64,000 nt of DNA from the human T2T-CHM13v2.0 reference genome, Homo sapiens. Made by a program: the position numbers and the translations under genes. The stretch lies in the NCBI RefSeq assembly GCF_009914755.1, contig NC_060947.1; one strand, given 5' to 3'. Positions 52,729-64,000 of this stretch are shown one piece after another. The notes under the pieces were generated by a model, which searched no databases, was not told the DNA's origin, and was given only the letters and a program-made list of their open reading frames with translations. Every line of letters starts with the position of its first letter. Position 1 is the first letter of the stretch.

Positions 52729-52957
52729 TTTTTATTATACTTTAAGTTCTAGGGTACATGTGCACAGTGTGCAGATTTGTTACATATAGTTCAACCATTG
52801 TGGAAGACAGTGTGGCAATTCCTCAAGGATCTAGAACTAGAAACACCATTTGACCCAGCCATCCCTTTACTGGGTATATACCCAAAGAATTATAAATCAT
52901 GCTGCTATAAAGACACATGCACACATATGTTTATTGTGGCACTATTCACAATAGCAA
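52729..52957 (-). mobile_element. 5'-inverted L1PA (about PA5) mini-insertion
   Basis: T-run and antisense L1 3' terminus to about 52787, then a plus-strand ORF2 piece to 52957; TSD caattttactttt at 52716-52728 and 52955-52967. Confidence 0.93.
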
Positions 52958-53229
52958 TTTTACTTTTATCATCATCATCATTATTCTTATTAACAGAGCC
53001 CAAGTCCAAGATACCAGCCCATAGTTAGAGACCCAAACCAGAGTCAAAGGCAAGGAGTAGTTGTAGGGTTCCCATGACAGAACATCCTAAGTCAGCCTGT
53101 ATTGGACTTATTTTATTCTACTTTGTTTCCTGCCCCATCCCACCCCCCAGTTTTTCTCCTGGGATTAGAATATTTTCCCCACAAATGACTACATGGATTT
53201 GTGCTCCCCATTGGAACTACAGAGAGTTC

Positions 53230-53845
53230 AACTTCCTTAAACAAGGTCCTCCATGACCTACATACCCCTTTCCTCTTCAGTCTCATCTGCCATTGCTCTC
53301 ATTTACATTTCACCTTCCAGGTGCATTGAATTACTCATAGTCTCCACATATTCTCTCATGTCTCTGTGCTTTTGCACAAGCTGTTCCACCTGCCTAGGAA
53401 GCCCTTATTCATTCAACAAATAATTGAGCATGTCTGGCACTGTTTCAGGCACTGGGGATATAGCAGTGAACACAACAGATTGAATTCACTTACCTTTGTG
53501 GCACTTACATTCTAGTCGGGGCATTGATAATAAGTATGTAAACAAAAGAACACAACTACAGAGTGTGGCAAGTGCTATTAAAAATGAAGAAAGAATAACG
53601 AGATAGAGAAGAGGGTGTTATTTTCAACAGGATGAATAGGAAAGGTCTCCGTGAGTGGTCTCATGTGAATTATTATTATTATTACTATTCTGTTTATCCT
53701 TCAGGTTTCAGCCTCAGCCTCTAACTCTCCAGGAAGCCTACTCTGAATCACCAGTTTGGGATAAATATTCTCTCTTCTCGGCTCTCATAGCACCCAGTGT
53801 AAGCCCCACACAGTGCGTGACTCATAATAGACATTCAAAAAAGTA
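53230..53845. mobile_element. L2 fragments in both orientations
   Basis: tttgcacaagctgttccacctgcctagga (+); attcattcaacaaataattgagc...ggcactggggatatagcagtgaac (-). Confidence 0.7.
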
Positions 53846-55032
53846 GGGGTTCCTAACCACGGGACCATAGACATTTAGAGAATCCACAGGAAGACTAAAT
53901 TGCACTCAAAAGTTACCATATATGTGCATTTATGTATTTTTCTGGAACCAGTATTCATAGTTTTTGTCATATTCTCAAATAGTAAATGATCTCATCAAAG
54001 ATCTACTGCTGAGTTGATGGTCAGTGAACCACCAAATTTCACTGCCTCCTTGTGAGCACTGCATTAGCTCTCCTTGGATGAGCTCTGTCCCAGAGGTATG
54101 TGTGTGGTTTAATGCCAAATTAGTGCCCACACTAACTCATTTCTTTAATGTATTTAACATCCCTTTATTGAGTGGCTAAAATACACCAGGAACTATGTTA
54201 AGCTCAGTGGGGGCTAAAGAGATAAGGTCTGAATATAGAGCAGAGCAAAGGCCTCACACCACTTCCTCACATATAGCCATTATCTTCTATTTGTTCATAA
54301 ACTCCTGTAAAGACAGAAACCCTTGCTGTGCTTTCCTCTATATTTCCCTTTAGCTCTTAATGTGAACTTTTCATGTAGTTGGTGCTCAGTAAAAAGCTGT
54401 TCATTTTGTGGTCATTTTTGTCAGAAGACAGGGCAGTGAGCTGAGTTCCATCATATCCAGTTAACAAGGGGTTTGAGTGTACTTTCAGAAACTTGATTAC
54501 TTATGATTTATGAAATGCCCAGAAAAGACAAATTCCCCTGAATCAATGATTTGGCCCTCTCCTGAAGTTGAGCGGTTGTACCTATGTTGTGTTCCATGAG
54601 AAAAGTTAGGCTCCTGGGTAGGAACTAAAATTGCCATAAAAAGATATCTTAGGGCTAAATTTGTTACCATCAGAAGCCACAATAAAGCAAAAGGGAATAA
54701 TTCAGAGAGCAACAGGATTATACAAAACAAGGACAGCTTTTTGGAGAGAACTTAACACCCAGAGAAAGGAGGAAGGTAGAGGAGTGAGGGAATAGGAGAA
54801 AAGAAAACCTGTGTTGCCAGTGGCCTCTGAATGTCATTTTGGTTCTTTGTCAAATGGGAAATTGTTTCATTACAGTCAGTTGAAACTGTCTCTGAAGTGA
54901 TAAATTCTAAACTCTTCTTCCTTCCTCTGCCTAATTCCTTTTGAACACATTGGATCATACCTAGCCTAGCTGAATAAACAAATTACATTCCTTCTGCCAT
55001 AAGTAGTATTCCTTAGAAGAATAATTGAAACC

Positions 55033-55100
55033 GGTCTATCATTCTCTAAACCTGCACGTTGTGCACATGTACCCTAGAACTTAAAGTATAATTTTAAAAA
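55033..55100 (+). mobile_element. Minimal L1PA insertion of about 68 nt
   Basis: aaacctgcacgttgtgcacatgtaccctagaacttaaagtataa is the L1PA terminus; TSD agaagaa(t/g)aattgaaacc at 55015-55032 and 55101-55118. Confidence 0.92.
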
Positions 55101-55849
55101 AGAAGAAGAATTGAAACCATGTCTCAAAATATTTACCTTTTTTCCTCAGACCCTACTAAGACATCACTTTTATCCTTTCTGTTTTGCTAAAAAGACAGTT
55201 GGGGAAATACAAAAAATTGAATATTCAGATTCTCTTTTATGAAAATAAAGCTTTACCAAATCAGATTATTTGGGAATATAATTTATCTGAATTTGCTCAG
55301 AGTCTTTTACACAAAGGTTAAAGAAAAATAATTATATCAAGTATTTTGCACAAATGTAAACTAATTGCTAATAAACTGCTTTAGTAAAAAGACTGCCTTG
55401 GACAAGCTTTAATTAAGAGATATGACATATTAGTAATTAGAATATTATTTGTGAGAAGGCAGATGTAAAAAAAGAATGGGTATTTCAAAAAAGAGTTCAT
55501 TCTGTTAAAGTAGACTTGGCATTCGTCCTACAGTCTTGTTTTACTATCTGTTTTTGCATGTAAAGATAAAACAAAGCCCAGTATTTTCCAAATGATCACA
55601 AATTCTAAATTTGGGGGAGTGGGGTTATAAAAATGAGTGCTATGTTGTACACCTGAAGAAGAACTTGGAACCTAAATGTTCAAAGAATACATAACCATCC
55701 GTGGAAAAACAAGCTTCACATAAATGGCAACATCTCATACTGGATCCCACTGACAGCTTTCCAAGTGTAAAATTCACATACAGGGGATGGGTGTGGCAAA
55801 TGTTACAAACAGACAAATGCCTCACTGCTTATCTACATATATTTCTGTA

Positions 55850-56600
55850 ATTCATTTCCAGTCTAGAACAAACAATGCCATCTATAGATATTCTAATTCT
55901 TTAAACATATAAATCACAGTTATTTTAAAGTCTGTATGTAATAACTCCATTACCTGAGGCCCTTGCAGATCTTTTCTATTACCTGTTGATTAACCTCAGT
56001 TTTGGGTCATACAGTATTATCTCTTCCTATGCCTGATTGTTTTTGACTGAATGTTCAAAATATCATATGTGAAAAACTGTAAAACTAATTCGAAGCTTTA
56101 GATGAGGTTATCTTTCTCCAGAGATGATTCATATTTTTGTTTTGTTTTGTTTTGTGGCAGGCACTGAGAGTCTAAGGGCATGAACAACTCCATATCACTT
56201 TAACCCAATCAGATATTAAAATGACTATATGCCAGGCTTCAGTCCCTGCAAGAGCTAGTCTATTTCTGATTTGCCTTCCCACCTAGGATGTTGCCCTTCA
56301 GAGTCTCAATCTAAAACCAGGGGCTTTACCAGAAACCCTCCTCTTTGATGGACCCTGACCTTTAAATATTATCCCCTAGAATTGTAAACAGCTCAGCTAT
56401 ACCTTTGGAATCAAGAAATACGTTGAAGGAGAAAGTGACACCAAATGTTAGATTAACCTCTCTGAGCTTCTCTCTTCTCTCTGACTGACCTTGAGTCTCC
56501 CAATTCTTCACTCCCTTGTTAGATCCCCAGTGTCTTAAAATGGACATTAGTTCTACTTTGTCCAGCTTTTCTCATTGCCCTCAGTTGGAGGGCTGGTCCA
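55850..56600 (-). mobile_element. Ancient L1ME-type 5'/ORF1 fragment
   Basis: ttattttaaagtctgtatgtaataactcc...atctcttcctatgcctgattgtttttgactg. Confidence 0.5.
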
Positions 56601-56603
56601 AAC

Positions 56604-56856
56604 CAGCAGGATTGATTGATTTGGTAGACATGGCAGACACCATGCCTAAGGCCCTCAATATTTTTAGGAGCCCAGAAATATATCTTAATACATTTTAAAA
56701 ACAAAATAAAAAAGGAATTTTAGGTTGAAGATTTTTTAATACATAACATTAATATATCAATCTTTATACCAATGCAGTCATAAAACAATTTTGAATATTT
56801 TTGGGCTCATGAAGGCAAAAGCGCCTAGAGCCCACAAGAGTCATAATGTGCCCCTT
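56604..56856. mobile_element. hAT-Tip100-like MITE remnant
   Basis: Ends carry tgcctaaggccc and gaaggcaaaagcgcctagagcccacaagagtcataatgtgcccct. Confidence 0.45.
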
Positions 56857-56914
56857 AAAACAAGTAGTCTGCATTGCTAAAAGCAAAACTCTTCTGGGGA
56901 TATTTTAAAACCGT

Positions 56915-57130
56915 CAATACTACTATAATCTCATCTCCACAACACTTCACACTTTACAAAGTACCTCTTGTCCACTATCTTGTTTGAGACTTCTAAGAAT
57001 TTGGCGAGCTAAACGAGGCAGGTATTGGTTTACTGTTTTGGCAGAGAAGGTAAATGAGACACAGAGAGTTTAAGTGATTTGCCCAAGGTCACACACCAAG
57101 TCAATGATAGATTCAGAATTAGAGCTCGCA
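56915..57130 (-). mobile_element. MIR
   Basis: gagacacagagagtttaagtgatttgcccaaggtcacaca. Confidence 0.8.
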
Positions 57131-59434
57131 TCTGGAGACAAACGGTATTTGAGAAATATGTTGTACAATATAGTCACAGACCCTGTGACTATTTTGAAAA
57201 TAATATGACACAATAATTTATGAAAAATTTATGAAAACACTTCCTTACATCAATGAGCATACCATTTTAGGAGTCATAAGGTCTGAGTTCTAATCCTGAC
57301 TCAGCACTAATTTATTGTGTGACCTTGAACAAGTCTTCTTTCCAGCCTGGCCCTCCTCATTAAAATTAGTACCTGGAGAGCACAATCTGAAATTCTCTAC
57401 TGGCTCTATTTTCTTTTAAATTCAGTGAGCATACCAAGCCAAAACACTCATCCTGGACATTTTTTTAAAAGGATGCCAGAAGTGAAGTGACCCACTGTGA
57501 TTCTCCATTTAACATAAATAACCTACCTCATAATAGCCAGTCTTCTTTGATGTAACAAACCGAAGCATATAGGGAAAAAGGAGCCACAGCAATGAAACAA
57601 GACCATGTCAAATAAATGCCATTTCCCCTATTGTCTGAAGGGTCTGAGAGACAAATCAATAAGTGTGGAGCCAGGTCCCTGTCCACACTGCCACTGCCTT
57701 TATTAATATTGCTTTATTCAATTTCATTAATACTGCAAATACTAGCAAACAATTTGTGTTTAAACCTTCCTCACTCTCTTTTACTAAGACATGACAGTTT
57801 AAAAGCAGAGTTGTATTTGTCTGAATCCCATATACTTAGATTCTAGAATAATCCTTGACAGCAAAACCATTTCCTAGCTAGCTAAGTGAGTTGTTTAGAT
57901 CACATTTTGACCTAAGGAGGATATAGAGTATACAAGTGGAAATTAAACCCAAGGGACAGGGCTTTAATAGCTGCTGCCTAAGGTGATAGTTTTACACAAT
58001 TCCATTCAGACCCCTGAAATTGCCCATGGTCATAAGATAGGGGAAATAACACTCCCCTGGGAGTTAGGACACCAGGGTTTAGGGCCTGCTGTGCCACAGA
58101 CTGAATTGTTATTTAAGGTTAGTAAAGCACTTTCCTCTCTAGACCTCCATCTCCTGTTTGCACAAAAAACGAGGTTACATTAATTATTTCTGGGACTGCT
58201 TTTAGCTTTAAACATTTATGGTTCTGTCCTCAACTGGTATTGCACTGTATGGGCTCTTTGCAGTCTTTCCCAGCTTCTGGGCCACCAGAATTGCTTACAC
58301 TCCCTATCTCTCGTTTTCACTCAGCGTTTCTGGGTGACACCAGAATGCTAACACTGCTAACATGGACTGCCCAACATTTTGCCAATTGTACTGCCCACAT
58401 GGGGGGCTAAAAGGATTTTAAGAGCATCATCTACTGACAAGTGAAGATCTCTGGAGGTATTGGGGTCAGAGTGGAGGAAGGAAAGAAAAACCTCAAGATA
58501 CCGTGCTTCATTTTACACAACATACAAGCCACACGTCTTACTTTCACACTATCAAAGCCTTGCTTTGTTAGGAGCACAATGCTGCTGGAGCACCTGGTAG
58601 CCCCTTTTACAAGAACACATTTTCTTTCCATGATGATTGCCCTTTATCTTCTGTAAGGCCCAGACAGCATGGACTGTCCACTGCCATGGCAGGGAACTGG
58701 GGCAGTTCCTGGGATGGAGATGTCCAAGATCATATACGTAAAGAATTGAGTAGGTCTGCAACTGCTAATGGGGCTACAATGCTGAGGCAAACTGCAGTAA
58801 CAGTGCAGAAGATGAGGGGGAAGAGGAAGGGAAGAAAAGGCAGGAAGCGGGAGGGAGATAGGGAGGTGGGCAGAGAGTGGAGGGAAAAATAAAGAAAATG
58901 GTGTAGAGAAATATGAAAGCAAACATGAACTTGATTTTCTGTTAATGAATTTAAATACCTCTTTATGTTCAAATTAAGGGATTTATTAAATGCAATTTTC
59001 TGAACCAGAAAGTTGATTGTAAAGCATATTAAAAGTGTTTAAAATTTCGACAGGAAAATAACTCATTCCTGGCACACAGCACTAGACCATGTATTATTCT
59101 CTTTCAGATTTTCAACTGATTGCTACAATCACTTTAGGCGACTGGCTGTTTTGAGGATTGGTAGTAAGGCCTCCAGTGCTTCATGTAACTTGTATGTGTA
59201 TTGTAAAATTACTCAGTGGATATGTGTTCAATCTAGTAAGGGGTGATTTTATTTTCTTTCAAGGCCTCTGTCTGCTTTAAAGGTGGTGGATCCAATAATA
59301 TAGGGATTCACATATGGAAACGAGTTAATGAGCTTCACTCTTCCACATCTTCCAGTGCTATATCAGTGCCCCCATAGCCTGATGCTCTGGGCAGCTCCCT
59401 GGCTGATCTGCTCCTCAGTCCAGTTCTGCTTTCA

Positions 59435-59851
<417 letters not shown>

Positions 59852-61476
59852 TCAATCGAACTTCTCCAATACTTTTGCTGTGCAGCATTGGGCAAGTAAA
59901 GGATGATTATTCATACTTTGCAAGGTTCTTGTAACCATTAAATGAAATAATGAATGTAAAGCCCCTAGCACAGAGTAGGTATTCAAACAATGCTAGTTGT
60001 CATGATAACTGTTATAACAACAATAGTAAATATTGCTGATGTTATTTTGTTATCCTCTCACCAGCCTAGTTCAGCTTGTTCATGTGGCCTACAGTTAGGT
60101 CAGCCTCAAAGCCTCTGCCTTACCAGATGGGGATTGCTAGTTTCCAGATCCCCTCTCTACCCACTCGTACCATCCTACTACCCACTGTGTGCTCGAGGCT
60201 TATGTTCTGACAGACAAGCCAGCCACAGGCCAAAACTCACCAGCAGGGACAAGGGACTAATGGCCCTACCAGCTGTAGCACCTAACCCCAGGGAGGAAAG
60301 AAAAATGAGGGCGCCAAATATATAAATGGCCCCTGTCTGGACAGCTCATGAGACTTATCAGTTAAGGACTGAGGATGCGTTGTGTGCTCATGTCTTCTTG
60401 GTTATGGGAATGATGGTTGTAATGTAGTATATCACGCTTAATCACTTCAGCCCATCAATTACCTGCAAGGGAGAAGAGAAAGCATGGCCTGTTGCCAAGA
60501 GAGACCTGTAACTGATGATCACCTGAACAGCATAGATCAGGTCTTGCATCAAGTATGAGCAATTAGAAAGAAAGTTGCACTAGAAATAGGCAGGTGCTAT
60601 ATCAGGTTGGACTCTCTTTCATTTCAGAATTTGACCTTAGCCTTGCAATATGGCAAGGCCTTATTTATATACTTATGGGCAAATTCACCCTCACTTAGGA
60701 GGGGTTGGGCAGTCACCCTCAGGCCTCAGGTAGAAAGGTTCCTGCCCCTTAGAAAATCTTGGGCCCTAAGGTTTCACCTTAAGTCATGCCTTTGGAAGGA
60801 GTTGCTGAGAAATAAGAGATGCTACATATTAAGATGTCCACTCACCCATTCCTCTAAAGCTAACAAGCCAGGCTGTGCGATAAACTCCTATCTGTTACAG
60901 TTATCTATACTAGGGCATTAAAGGCTCATGGCCAGAATCCCATGGCAAGCAATGTACTCTTAGATTCCAATTCCCTACCTTGACTGATATCATGATGTCC
61001 CATTAAATGTTGTTACTTGATACCTGAGCCATCATGCCACTACTTTCTTAGCCTTATCTTTCCTTTTCCATCTTTGCTATCTCCTTTCTCCTTGGTCCTG
61101 GGCCTTTTCCCACTCCATTATTCACCAGTGTGACAATAGATAGGACAAGGTCTCAGCCCAGGCAGCAGTAGCAACTTGAGGGCATAAAATTCCCTTATAG
61201 AGTTACTTTAGCTTCTATCACATAGACCTGCTGTTTTCCCTCCTGGGGCTACAAGCTCCTTGAGGGCAGGAACCATGAGTTACAATAGTAACTGCTACAA
61301 AGTGTCGTGGTAAGCCTTACCAGTAAATCCGAGATTTCACATAAGCACTTCACAGCTCCCAACATGGAGTGAGTATTCTATAATTGTTAGCTGCATCAAC
61401 TTCATTCTCATTTCTAGTCGCATTCCCAGCACCTAGTACAGTGCTTGGCACACTAAAGGGACTAAATATGTATTTA

Positions 61477-61746
61477 TAGAGCCACAATCATATATCTAAA
61501 AACCTTGGGTCCATAAGTGCTTCAGAATTTAGAATGTTTTCAGATTTGAGAAAGATAATGTGGGCTATATACTATAAATTGCACCCCCAACAAGATCTGG
61601 GGTATCATCTCATAATTTAACATATTAATATATCTGTAGTGGATCACATAAATACTCACTTCATGTTGCATTAATAAAGCATATAAAATGCCTCATATAT
61701 TAGATAAGGACAGATTTTGCTGTCAGTGAGTTGGGGGACCAAATTT

Positions 61747-61792
<46 letters not shown>

Positions 61793-61844
61793 TCAGGTTT
61801 CAGACCTCGGATTTTGGAATTGTGAACAGGAGATTGTAGATCTA
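61477..61844 (+). mobile_element. MER46C-like Tigger MITE containing (GA)n
   Basis: TA-flanked ends gccacaatc...gattgtagatcta; internal aaaccttggg...ttcagaatttagaatgttttcagattt. Confidence 0.75.
61750..61788. repeat. (GA)n microsatellite, about 19 units
   Basis: Direct observation. Confidence 0.97.
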
Positions 61845-63692
61845 TATTGAGTACATATATGAGTGAAAAAGGACTGTCTTCAGCCTCAGCACCCCTTTTG
61901 GAGTAGAGAGATGTTGCTAACTATTCCCCTCTAACTCCTTGATCCAGTTTGCCTTCTGTGTTTTACATCGAAATTGAACAATGTACACTATATGGTAATG
62001 AATGCTCCCTATTCAATATAACTTCTAAGGGGGGCAGTTCTCCTACCTTATCTCATTCACTTAGCTTCAAATAATACACTGGGAAAGGATAGTGGGTGCA
62101 TTTGTAGAGCTGGCAACTCTGCATTCACAGGGCTGCAACCTTGGGCGAGACTCTTTACCTCTCCCTTAGTTGCAATCTCCACATCTATAAAATTATGAGT
62201 GGTAAATTTAGGGAGTGGAGAGCTAATACTTAATGAGAAGCTTCTAGGGTATGATTACAGTCCATATCTCACAGATGAGGGAAGTGAGGCTCAAAGAGTT
62301 ATAAAACCCCATCCCTTTCCCCTTAGTTGAGAAACACTTGAGAAAATAGAAGGGGAAACTCTAAAAACAAGCCAAAGCACTAGCTAACACACATGCTAAA
62401 TAGTATAAAGATGATAATATTGTAACAAATTACAAACCTGATGCTTCTGCTACTTGCTAACTTTTTATACCACATCAGCCCATAGCAAGGGCAGAGTGTA
62501 AAATTAACAACTAAAAGGGGAAACCAGTGAGAAGGAAACACCTAAATATGTGGGAGAAGCAAAGACCACTTAATTGCAGAGATCCAAGATGCTATATTTT
62601 ACTCCAGTTGAAAATGCAAATGATGCCATCATCAACTATTCCTTGGCAATATTTCTTACTATTCACAGTGCAGTTGTGTGGTCTGAAAACAATTTATACT
62701 GAACAAAAACTAGTGCTTCTTTGACTGATTCTGATATTGGATTCTTCCCTTTGCCTCCCTCAAATACAATCTCTTCTATGAATACACAGTGAGTCAATCT
62801 GGTATATCTTGATGGTTGAATAAGCTCTTTGATTTTTGAATTATTTTGAGATTAACTGAATTTGAAACATGGGCTGCCTGCAATGTCTTGCTGGCACAAA
62901 AAGATGAGCTTTGTTATTGACAGAGAAGACTTGCAAACGACATTTTTTATCATTATTCGCCTGTGCAGAATTCGTGTTCACTTCAGCCTGGCCCAGCTGC
63001 CTGGATGAGCACTTCGAGGCCAGGTTCAAAGTGCAATTTACAATCTTCTCTCTCGACTTCTGTGACATGCTGCACAGTACAGGGTGACTCTTCAGCCTGA
63101 GAGAACAGACATATTTTTTTGCCACAATCATGAACATTGTCCATTATATTAGGGTTTTTGAGAACTTTCATGATGTCCCAAGTTGAATCAAAATGTCACT
63201 GCTTCAAGGGTTTGTATGTGAGCCCTACAATCCTGTTCTTGGTCCCAAAGGAAACTTAGCAATTTCATATCAGCCTTACGGTCTCAGTCTGTGGACTACA
63301 AGATAATCAAGCGTTCTTTATCTATTTCTTATTCTCTTAGTAACTCCCACTCTTCCTCATTTCTCCTCTTTTCTCCCTCTATTTATTCTCTTAAAACCAC
63401 ACTTTGCTATCTACTTAAAAGAATTACTTGTCTATCAACACTGCCACCTCTAACAATCTATAATCTCTTCTTTGTCTCTCACTCCTAATTTTGATGCTCT
63501 CTTCCTTTTCTTATTCCTTTTGGGCCAGCTTGTCCTATCCTTTAGTTGTTCTTCAAATTCTTTTCTCCAGTTTATCATTCCCTACTTTCATGTTAACAAA
63601 AAGTTCACTTGGCCTGTCCTATAGACATTGGCACAACACATATGAAAGCACCCATGGGATAGGCACAACAACTAGTTGGTTTATACAGTCAC

Positions 63693-64000
63693 TGTCTTAG
63701 TCTGTTTTCTATTGCTGTAACAGAATGGGCCACAGACTGGGTATTTATAAAGAAAAGAAGTTTATTTTCTCATGATTCTGGAGGCTTGGAAGTCCAAGAG
63801 CACAGTGTCATCATCTGGCAAGGGTCATCTCATGATAGATAGGTGATAAGGCAAGAAATCACATGCAAAAGAGACCACAAGAGCAAGCCAAGCTGACTTT
63901 TAAAACAACCTGCTTTCTTGGGAACTAACACACTCCCATGATAATAACATTAATTTTTTCATGAGCTCTTCACCCTCATGACCCAACCACCTCTTAAAAA
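63693..64000 (-). mobile_element. MST-type MaLR LTR, running off the window end
   Basis: tgtcttagtctgttttctattgctgtaacagaat...cacagactgggtatttataaagaaaagaagtttatt. Confidence 0.85.

Noticed and set aside
56591-56599. GGCTGGTCC, the 5' end of Y RNAs
   Set aside because: Only 9 nt match, with no downstream Y RNA sequence.

Overview
Primate (human-like) genomic DNA: AT-rich, CpG-depleted and dominated by interspersed repeats, so it is intergenic or deep intronic. I cannot support any protein-coding gene, tRNA, rRNA, snRNA or CRISPR array. The supplied ORFs are L1 ORF2 tails, Alu or LTR read-throughs, a MULE transposase remnant, or chance frames. The repeats span many ages: young L1PA 3' ends with target-site duplications (TSDs), four AluS-type elements, a MER11-type solo LTR, MaLR/ERVL LTRs, L1M/L1ME fossils, L2, L3, MIR, several hAT and Tigger MITEs, a Ricksha MULE transposon with its TSD, and a probable RTE-clade LINE relic. 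The most notable structures are a perfect 36-bp nested inverted repeat inside an ancient L1 (17808-17910), two other template-switch-like scars (19802-20057, 37873-37983), two very small 5'-inverted (twin-primed) L1 insertions (52716-52967, 55015-55118), and a few repeat-free islands with retained CpGs or splice signals (39.5-42.2 kb, 45.6-46.2 kb, 62.9-63.15 kb). I found no clearly new biological system. Family names come from recalled consensus sequences, and boundaries of old repeats are approximate.
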